Shown here: in pieces, positions 36,788-44,110 of the stretch | Position numbering within the stretch: position 1 is the stretch's first letter | Layout of the letters: the number at the start of each line of letters is the position of its first letter | IMG/VR virus record: IMGVR_UViG_3300035670_012166 | Location: 69,915 to 120,181 of that record | Length of the DNA stretch: 50,267 bases | Origin: a virus | Direction: 5' to 3' (one strand) | Translations under genes and position numbers: made by a program | The notes under the pieces: generated by a model | What the model was told of the DNA's origin: nothing | The model's database searches: none | Seen by the model: only the letters and a program-made list of their open reading frames with translations

Positions 36788-37738
36788 TTATTCTTGATTT
36801 CTATAATGGTCTAATAAAAATTTCACGCTTTGTTCCATATTATATTTAGGCTGCCATTTTGTTTGTTCATAAAATTTAGAAATATCTGGAATTTGTAAAG
36901 TGACATCAACAGGTCTTAATAGGTTAGGATCTTGTTTTGAAATAATTTTGCATTTGGCTTGTCTTTTCAATTCTTCTAAAAAGTCACCAACAACCACTGG
37001 AATTGTTGAACCGATATTATATTCTTCACCAATTTTACATTTTGTTGCAGTGATCCAGTATGCTTCTACTATATCTCTAACATCAAGCAAAGTTCTTACA
37101 GATTCTAAATTGCCATGATAGAGAATATCTTTTTTACCTCTTTCAATATCTACAATTTGTTTTGCAAATGCGCTGGAAAATATATCTGGTCTTCTTGGGT
37201 TTATATATCCAAAAGCTCTAGTTACAATACAGGGAATTTCATAAGAGTGAAAATAAGATTTCACTAATTTTTCTTGTGTCAATTTACTAATTGCATAAAC
37301 ATTTATAGGATCAATTTTTTGTGATTCTTTAATAGGAATTTCTTCAGGTTTAACTTGCCCATAAATTTCAGATGTTCCACATAATTGAACAAGTGGTTTG
37401 ATATTTAATATTCTAATTGCTTCAAGAAGATTTAACGTGCTATTGATATTATTATTTAACACTGAAATTGGATTAGTGAAAGATAACTTGACATTAGCAT
37501 TTGCAGCTAAATGGAAAATATAATCAGGTTCAGAAAGTTGCAAAGCTCTAATTACAGAACCTAAATCAGTAAGATCACATTCAAAAATTTTTATTCTGTC
37601 ATAAAATTTTGATTTATTCTTCCTATCTGTGTGCCATCTTGATAATCCGTGAATTTCAATTTCTGGATTATTTTCAAAAAATTCAGCAAGATAAGTTGCA
37701 CCACTACCATGTATTCCTGTAATTAGAACTTTTTTCAT
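36788..37738 (-). CDS. NAD-dependent sugar-nucleotide dehydratase/reductase (GDP-mannose 4,6-dehydratase-like)
   Basis: KKVLITGIHGSGA, PDYIFHLAA, TSEIYG, YAISK, GNLESVR, LLRPVDV; likely start MKKVL. Confidence 0.88.
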   Translation of the reverse strand: MKKVLITGIHGSGATYLAEFFENNPEIEIHGLSRWHTDRKNKSKFYDRIKIFECDLTDLGSVIRALQLSEPDYIFHLAANANVKLSFTNPISVLNNNINSTLNLLEAIRILNIKPLVQLCGTSEIYGQVKPEEIPIKESQKIDPINVYAISKLTQEKLVKSYFHSYEIPCIVTRAFGYINPRRPDIFSSAFAKQIVDIERGKKDILYHGNLESVRTLLDVRDIVEAYWITATKCKIGEEYNIGSTIPVVVGDFLEELKRQAKCKIISKQDPNLLRPVDVTLQIPDISKFYEQTKWQPKYNMEQSVKFLLDHYRNQE

Positions 37739-37760
37739 TTTATTATTATACATTTCAGAT

Positions 37761-38168
37761 CTAATCTTCAAATTGTTGATCATATCCATCTTCATCAGGT
37801 AAAAGAATATTCAAATCTTTTTCCGCTGAGAAATGACAATATGACAAATCTGAATGAGCAATTAATAATTTCATAAAAGTTTGATAAAGAGATGAATCTG
37901 TGCAATATGGTGTAAAATATTGCAAAACTTTATCATAATTAACAAGAATGAATGGTATGTCATTTAAGCTGACAATATAAAATTTATTGTAACTTGTTTC
38001 AATAAAATGTCCTTGTAAACCAGGGACATTTTTCTTTAACAGTTTCCAGTCAGTACCAATATTGTTATGAATTGAAAAGATTTTTCTGCCATAATCTCTC
38101 AATTGAAATATTTCTTCTACTGAGAATGAGGTTTTTCTAGGCAAATTATAGATATCAATTATTTTCAT
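37761..38168 (-). CDS. Hypothetical protein
   Basis: Likely start MKIIDIY after GGTATAAT. Confidence 0.6.
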   Translation of the reverse strand: MKIIDIYNLPRKTSFSVEEIFQLRDYGRKIFSIHNNIGTDWKLLKKNVPGLQGHFIETSYNKFYIVSLNDIPFILVNYDKVLQYFTPYCTDSSLYQTFMKLLIAHSDLSYCHFSAEKDLNILLPDEDGYDQQFED

Positions 38169-38207
38169 CTTACTTGCATTATACCTGAAGTGTGGTATGC
38201 TAGCCTT

Positions 38208-38387
38208 ATGAAACACAAGATAACAATTATTGATGAGAATTTCGAGGAGAAAAGTCTTGAGATGACTTATGCTCAATTGAAAGAATTAAATCGATGGTTG
38301 AATATTTACTTAAACACTGGCAAAACAATCGAATATAAACTTGAAAAATCAAAGAAAAAAGTTGAAATAGTTAGTGCGCAGATGTAA
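38208..38387 (+). CDS. Hypothetical protein
   Basis: Likely start MKHKITI after TGTGGTATGCT -10 box. Confidence 0.55.
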   Translation: MKHKITIIDENFEEKSLEMTYAQLKELNRWLNIYLNTGKTIEYKLEKSKKKVEIVSAQM

Positions 38388-38441
38388 AATTGTGGTATAA
38401 TTAGAGTGTAAGAGAAATACTTACAAATTAAAATTGAATAT

Positions 38442-38748
38442 GCCTCGTTAGCTCAGTGGAATTTAGAGCATCCGCCTTTTGGGGACCAGACAATAGAATG
38501 GTCAATTGGAGCTTTTATAGAGAATAAAAATCTATAAAATGGATGGTACTGTATCGGTGAAAGCTAAGTAGAAATATATGCTAATACCGAGGGAAGTTGA
38601 GAAGAAATTCTTTAACCCCGTAGAGACTATACGTACCACACCTGAAATGGTGAAGATATAGTCCAGACCACAAACTTAGAAATAAGGTAGTGAAAACTAT
38701 AGTGGTAAGCTAAGCGGAGGGTCAGTGGTTCGAGCCCACTACGAGGTA
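38442..38748 (+). tRNA. tRNA-Arg(UCU), intron-containing; exons 38442-38478 and 38710-38748
   Basis: GCCTCGT/ACGAGGT acceptor, GCTC/GAGC D stem with A after GG, TCCGC-CTT|CTAA-GCGGA anticodon arm, AGTGG-TTCGAGC-CCACT T arm. Confidence 0.85.
38479..38709 (+). ncRNA. Group I intron (231 nt, no ORF) at tRNA position 34/35
   Basis: P2 TTTTATAGA/TCTATAAAA, P3 TGGTAC/GTACCA, TCGGT/ACCGA, AGAGACTA and TATAGTCC (P7); 3' end GTAAG as in the Asn intron. Confidence 0.87.
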
Positions 38749-38810
38749 TTAAATCCCCTAAAGATTATTCTTTGGGGGATTATTCTTTTTTAAACCAGAA
38801 TAAATTAATT

Positions 38811-39188
38811 ATGTGGTATAGAATTTCAGCAAAGAAAAAAGTAAGTTTAGTCATTGTGTTTAATGGCGATAAAGTTTTGTTAGGTGAAAAATCTACTGGC
38901 TATGAGATTCCTGGTGGGCACGTTGATTATTTAGAAGATGAGAAAGATTGTGCTAGAAGAGAATTAGAAGAAGAAACTGGTTTGAAGGTTAAGAGATTGC
39001 ATTCTCTTCGTTCTATGGATATGCCAGATAAAATTGTGAATGTTTATTACACTGACAATTATTCTGGTGATTTTTTAGCTGGTGATGATTTGATTGATGC
39101 TGGTTGGCATAGTGTAAATAACTTACCTAAGATGAAATTCAATGGTGCAGAATTAATTTTAGAAGCATATAAAAAAAGCTCCCAATAA
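38811..39188 (+). CDS. Nudix hydrolase with MWY N-terminal tag
   Basis: Nudix box GGHVDYLEDEKDCARRELEEETGL; likely start MWYRISA. Confidence 0.9.
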   Translation: MWYRISAKKKVSLVIVFNGDKVLLGEKSTGYEIPGGHVDYLEDEKDCARRELEEETGLKVKRLHSLRSMDMPDKIVNVYYTDNYSGDFLAGDDLIDAGWHSVNNLPKMKFNGAELILEAYKKSSQ

Positions 39189-39200
39189 GGAGCTTTTTTA

Positions 39201-40211
39201 TTAGAAAGATATATGTTTTATTCCAGAATGTTCAAGATATTTAATGTACATTCTGCCATCAAATCCTCTTTGTTCACCTTCCCAAATTGTTTTTTCAATT
39301 AATGCTTCTCTCCACTTAAGGTAATGTGGGCAATTCCAATCAAACCAATCATTCTCCATTTTTTTGAAGTTCATAATAATTTCACTTACATTATGTGAAT
39401 ATGGTGGTAAAACAAATTTAAAATCTGGATCATATGTTGATGCATTGATGTTAAAATTTAATTTATTAGCAAAACTAGCTTGAGCTTTATTTAGTTGATC
39501 AAATAAATTTTTATCAGCAAAAACAAAATACCATAAAGGTTCTATTGATAAGCCCCAAAATTGATTTCTTTCATTTCGGTAGCTTTTATTTTTTATTTTT
39601 TCAATTTTGGATAATTTCTTAAGCTCAGGATCCATATCAATTAAATCCCATACCCATTGAGGATGTTCATAATTCCAATGATATTCATAAAATTTATCAT
39701 CATTGTCTAGTTCAATCATTCTTTCATAAAAAGATTTTGGTCTTTCTCTAATTCGGTCTCTATGAACATAAAAAATTGAACCTGGATGAAGAATAAAAAT
39801 TGGTTTTGGAAAATTAAGGTCATTGAAAAATTCTAATCCCATTAATTTTGCAGCTAATGATATTGGTTGCCATCTAGTCCAATTTGTTGAATATTGATCA
39901 TGTATAGCTCTGGCATATGCAAAATTACCATATTTTGCAGTAAATGTACTTTGCATAGCCAATAACATTTCATGAACATGATCAGATGGATCTGCTTGAG
40001 TAAAAATTGTATATTCGTGTAGATTATCATAATTATCTACAATGTATTGAGCAATAATCCAATCGATAGACTGTTTATCTGAACAACATATATCACCTGG
40101 ACTAGGATTTTTTCCTCCAATATGATAGATAGTTTTTGACATTTCGATTTTATCGATAAATTGAGTTCTATCCTCTTTCATATGGAAAATTACAGCGTGT
40201 TTATCTTGCAT
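39201..40211 (-). CDS. DUF3431-like (glycosyltransferase-like) protein
   Basis: YIVDNYDNLHEYTIFTQADPSDH, FYVHRDRIRERPKSFYE, EPLWYFVF. Confidence 0.7.
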   Translation of the reverse strand: MQDKHAVIFHMKEDRTQFIDKIEMSKTIYHIGGKNPSPGDICCSDKQSIDWIIAQYIVDNYDNLHEYTIFTQADPSDHVHEMLLAMQSTFTAKYGNFAYARAIHDQYSTNWTRWQPISLAAKLMGLEFFNDLNFPKPIFILHPGSIFYVHRDRIRERPKSFYERMIELDNDDKFYEYHWNYEHPQWVWDLIDMDPELKKLSKIEKIKNKSYRNERNQFWGLSIEPLWYFVFADKNLFDQLNKAQASFANKLNFNINASTYDPDFKFVLPPYSHNVSEIIMNFKKMENDWFDWNCPHYLKWREALIEKTIWEGEQRGFDGRMYIKYLEHSGIKHISF

Positions 40212-40283
40212 TCTTTACCTCATATGAATTATACGCAGAATAATTCGTAAAATTATAGAATATAACTTTTGGAGGATATCTTA

Positions 40284-40391
40284 ATGAGGTATAAATTATC
40301 ACCAATGGAGTTGGTAATTTGCATAATGGCTATATTGACATTGTTAGCAATTTTTGTTCCAATATTTATTTTAGCTTGGTCAAGTTTTTAG
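40284..40391 (+). CDS. 35-aa peptide resembling a type IV pilin N-terminal helix
   Basis: SD GGAGG; MRYKLSPMELVICIMAILTLLAIFVPIFILAWSSF. Confidence 0.55.
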   Translation: MRYKLSPMELVICIMAILTLLAIFVPIFILAWSSF

Positions 40392-40756
40392 TCAACAATT
40401 GAATAAGATATACAAGTGGTGGGAGGTCCGAAGCCTTGTAAATATCTCACCTTGACAGACTCAACAAATCTGCTTGTATCGTCTGGAATAATTTGGGCTC
40501 TTACTAATAGATCGACAATAGGTTTTACTATATTATCTGGATCACTTTTCATCTTCCATTGAAAATCAGCAAGGATGAGAATTTCTATTTCTATTGGATA
40601 ACTTGTTGCTGGTAATAAATTATCTTTTATGATTGAGACATTCTTTTCTATCCAATCATTATATTTTTTGCTTTTCACCATTTTTCCACGAGCAACAGGA
40701 GCATACATCTTATTTGCGGAAAATGGTTCTTGAATAGTACAAGATTTTTTAAGCAT
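40388..40756 (-). CDS. rusA: RusA Holliday junction resolvase
   Basis: PFSANKMY, DPDNIVKPIVDLL, IIPDD; likely start MLKKS. Confidence 0.85.
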   Translation of the reverse strand: MLKKSCTIQEPFSANKMYAPVARGKMVKSKKYNDWIEKNVSIIKDNLLPATSYPIEIEILILADFQWKMKSDPDNIVKPIVDLLVRAQIIPDDTSRFVESVKVRYLQGFGPPTTCISYSIVD

Positions 40757-40799
40757 AAAAAGTTTGTACAGGGATAGTATAGGTAGCAAGAAAAAAATT

Positions 40800-41882
40800 A
40801 TGTGGTATAGATTAGCACAACAATTACAACTTCCTGGGTTAGATGTAAAAAAATCTGAACCTGTAAAAAAAGAACGACCAGAATTAAAACCGCAAGAACT
40901 TTTTGAAACACAAAAAAATCCTCAAAGTTTATTCTTTAGTGATTGGGCTAAAGATCATTATGTGCCTGAAAGACCTGTTTATCACGGAACTACACACGAA
41001 TTTGACCAATTTGATATAAATAAAGGTGTCTCATCTAATGCTTTTGGTCAAGGATTTTATTTTACCAGTGATGAGCAGGATGCCTCTCAGAATTACACTG
41101 GTTCTGGGCCTGATCAATTAGGAAAAATCTCAGATCTACAATATCAATTACTGGATGAGAATGATGAAGACCAATATTATTTATGGAATTTATATGGTGA
41201 TGACCCAAGATATAGCCCATATTTTAATGAAGATGGCACTGTAGCAAGTCTTCAATACTTAACAGAACTAATTGCAAAAGATACAGTTTTAGGTTCCAAC
41301 AAGCCAAGAGTAATTCCAGCTCACATAAGAATGAAAAATCCAATTCATTTAACTTCTGAAAATGATACAGAACATCCAGAAAAAACTTTTGTTGATGATA
41401 CAGATGAATCATTAGAGTTCTTGAATGAAAATGATATTGATGAGTCTGATAATAATTCTTATAAGACAGTTATTACAAAACTTTACAATATTTTGATAGA
41501 TTATATGAATACAGATGATGCATATCAAATTTGCGAAGATTTGATTCAATTTACTACTGGTTCTGTTGATGGTATAGTTTCATCGGTTATGATGATGGAT
41601 AATCTCAAAGGAGCTTTAGCAACTTTTGACATTGATGAACAAACAGATTACAAGGGTGAAATTATTCAAAGATTTTTAAATTCATTAGGATTTGATAGTA
41701 TTATTATGGATCCTAATCAATTTTTCAGAATGTACTCTAAAGAAAAACCAATAAAACATTTCATTACCTGGAATCCTGAAAACATTAAACACGCAAGAGA
41801 AAATATAGAATTCAATCCTTCAAATCCTGTTATTACTGCAATGAATGGTAAAATTAATTTATGGAAGAATTCTTTGCTGTAG
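40800..41882 (+). CDS. ADP-ribosyltransferase-like protein (ART-PolyVal type) with MWY tag
   Basis: VYHGT..FDQFD, FGQGFYFT, VIPAHIRMKNP, GFDSII, WNPENIK; likely start MWYRLAQ. Confidence 0.75.
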   Translation: MWYRLAQQLQLPGLDVKKSEPVKKERPELKPQELFETQKNPQSLFFSDWAKDHYVPERPVYHGTTHEFDQFDINKGVSSNAFGQGFYFTSDEQDASQNYTGSGPDQLGKISDLQYQLLDENDEDQYYLWNLYGDDPRYSPYFNEDGTVASLQYLTELIAKDTVLGSNKPRVIPAHIRMKNPIHLTSENDTEHPEKTFVDDTDESLEFLNENDIDESDNNSYKTVITKLYNILIDYMNTDDAYQICEDLIQFTTGSVDGIVSSVMMMDNLKGALATFDIDEQTDYKGEIIQRFLNSLGFDSIIMDPNQFFRMYSKEKPIKHFITWNPENIKHARENIEFNPSNPVITAMNGKINLWKNSLL

Positions 41883-42223
41883 TTTTTATTGAATGTATGG
41901 TTGAAAATAATAGATGTTTCTCAGAAAAAGATTTTTATAAATTATTAGCTACACAAAGATTAGATAAATCTAAAGTTAATTTCAATGCACTTATGGAAGC
42001 ATTCTTATTAGATTTTGAATTTGATAGTTATGAAAAAATAGATAATATATGGCAACCCAAAGGATCATTCGTTTCTCATAAAGCTATTTGGAATATAATT
42101 GATGAATTAGATTTGCATTTAGAAGTGGAAAATTCATTAGGTGGATTTTATGAAACAAGTTGTGATGTAGTTCAAAAAATAAATAATTATCTTTGGTTAT
42201 GTGAAAAAGAAGCCCTCCAATAA
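41861..42223 (+). CDS. Hypothetical protein
   Basis: GGTAAAAT 6 nt before ATG; terminator at about 42209-42240. Confidence 0.6.
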   Translation: MEEFFAVVFIECMVENNRCFSEKDFYKLLATQRLDKSKVNFNALMEAFLLDFEFDSYEKIDNIWQPKGSFVSHKAIWNIIDELDLHLEVENSLGGFYETSCDVVQKINNYLWLCEKEALQ

Positions 42224-42259
42224 AGGGGGGCTTCTTTTTTTATAAGAAACTTAACTATT

Positions 42260-44110
42260 ATGTGGTACAACAGAACAATTTTAGCAGCAATAGAAGATGC
42301 TATTAATAACCTTAAATCCAAAGGTGTTAATGAATCAATTATATCCAATTTAGAAGCAATGACCGATATATCTTTAAAAGGTAAATATATTGGCGCTTTA
42401 ATGCAAAATCCACTTCTAACTTGGGATGAATTACAAGGCAAATTTCAAACTAATCAATTACAAAAAGTTTCAAATAAAGAACTTAGATTACTTGGTGATA
42501 TGAGTAGAATGATTGATAGATCAAATCTTTCTGATGAACAAAATGCAAATTTTTACAGATGGATTGAAAGAGTTGCTTTGCCTTCTTATAGACCTAATCA
42601 ACACGATCCAGAAAATTTTACATATCCTAAATTTTCCGAAATGTTTAATCCTATTTATGGTATTGAAACTGAATTATCACATATATTTGATTGGTATACA
42701 GAACACGTAGATGAAAATCCAAGATTTAACATTTTTTCATTATCATTAGATCAAGCATTACAAGCTAGTAATACTTGGCACGAAGAACTTAAAAATCAAA
42801 CAACAACAGAATCATTTACAAAAATCAAAAAACAAAATGGGAAAATTGTTGACCCTAATGTAGAAATGATTTTTGATAAACCTAAATTGGAATCTCTTGG
42901 TTTGCCTGATGATTATGAAGGCTGGATGATAGTTAAGTTGACTCAAAAGAGAGATTTTGATCTTGAAGGCAAAATTATGGGTCACTGTGTTGGCACTAAT
43001 AATTATCACAGCCAATATGAAAAAGGTTACATTGACATACTTTCTTTGAGAGATGAATCCAACAAACCTCACGCTACAATTGAAGTTGAATTACCAGATA
43101 CGATTAGACAGATTCAAGGCAAAGGAAATTCAAGACCTAAAGAAGATTACTTAAAAATGGTTTTAGCTTGGGTCAATGAAAATAAATATTATTCAGGTGA
43201 ATCACTTGAACAAGAATATTTGCATTTTCGCCCTGGTATGACAGAAGAAAATGCATTAGAAAAATTTAATGAATATTTCAATCCTTATCACGATGAAGAA
43301 TTAGTAGATGATTTAGGTGTGCCATATAGAGAAGTTACTAAAAGTGAAGAAGATTTTTTTGATGATTTTAGATTAGATGAATTTGTTTCAGGTATAGGAG
43401 TAAATCAATCTGGATTTCACAAAACATATCAAGAAATACCTGATGATGATAAATTTGATGAATTGATAAAATTCTTAGGAGATTTATTTATCAAACACGA
43501 TGTTGAATTTTTGAAACAGTATTTACAAAAACCTAACACCATTGGGGCTAACAAAAACTATTTCCGAAATTCATTATATATATTAGATGCAAAAGACAAA
43601 TTAGTAGATAATTTATCTGGTGAAATGTTCAATGTAGCGAAAAGTCAAATACAAAAAATATTTAATGAAACAGGTGTAGAGCCAAGTTTCAAGCCAGGAT
43701 TTCAGATGGACATTTTTAAAAATAAAAGTCCAGAAGAAATTGACAATATAGCAACTGAACAACCTTATTCTAGAGGTTTAGCAAGATTTCAAACTTATGG
43801 ATCTAAAGAAGAAAAAGAATATGATGGAGTTTATGACAGCTATCCAGTATATTTTTATAATTCTTTGTATGAGTATATGAGAAATAATATGCCAAGAGAA
43901 TTTTTCGAAATGATTAATAAACTTGCATTAGGTTTTGATTTTTCATCAATAACTCCAAGTTCTTCTATAACAGAAAGTGATAAATTTGAATTAATAGGGT
44001 ATAAAAATCCTCATCCAAAATTGTTTGAAGATTACAATTATTTTCCAAGCGGTACTGACTGGAAATATTCATACAATCATAAAACTTATAAAATTGCTGG
44101 GACTAAATAA
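42260..44110 (+). CDS. PcfJ-like domain protein with MWY tag (paralogue 1)
   Basis: WH, EGKIMGHCVG..Y, ILSLRD..KPHATIEV, QIQGKGN. Confidence 0.75.
   Translation: MWYNRTILAAIEDAINNLKSKGVNESIISNLEAMTDISLKGKYIGALMQNPLLTWDELQGKFQTNQLQKVSNKELRLLGDMSRMIDRSNLSDEQNANFYRWIERVALPSYRPNQHDPENFTYPKFSEMFNPIYGIETELSHIFDWYTEHVDENPRFNIFSLSLDQALQASNTWHEELKNQTTTESFTKIKKQNGKIVDPNVEMIFDKPKLESLGLPDDYEGWMIVKLTQKRDFDLEGKIMGHCVGTNNYHSQYEKGYIDILSLRDESNKPHATIEVELPDTIRQIQGKGNSRPKEDYLKMVLAWVNENKYYSGESLEQEYLHFRPGMTEENALEKFNEYFNPYHDEELVDDLGVPYREVTKSEEDFFDDFRLDEFVSGIGVNQSGFHKTYQEIPDDDKFDELIKFLGDLFIKHDVEFLKQYLQKPNTIGANKNYFRNSLYILDAKDKLVDNLSGEMFNVAKSQIQKIFNETGVEPSFKPGFQMDIFKNKSPEEIDNIATEQPYSRGLARFQTYGSKEEKEYDGVYDSYPVYFYNSLYEYMRNNMPREFFEMINKLALGFDFSSITPSSSITESDKFELIGYKNPHPKLFEDYNYFPSGTDWKYSYNHKTYKIAGTK

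Noticed and set aside
38190-38207. MWYASL start that looks like another MWY tag
   Set aside because: It is GTG-TGG-TAT from the extended -10 box TGTGGTATGCT; the likely start is ATG 38208.
38471-38718. Reading the second intron-containing tRNA as Lys(UUU) or Ser(GCU)
   Set aside because: Those junctions leave an intron not ending in G; Ser would also need a long variable arm.
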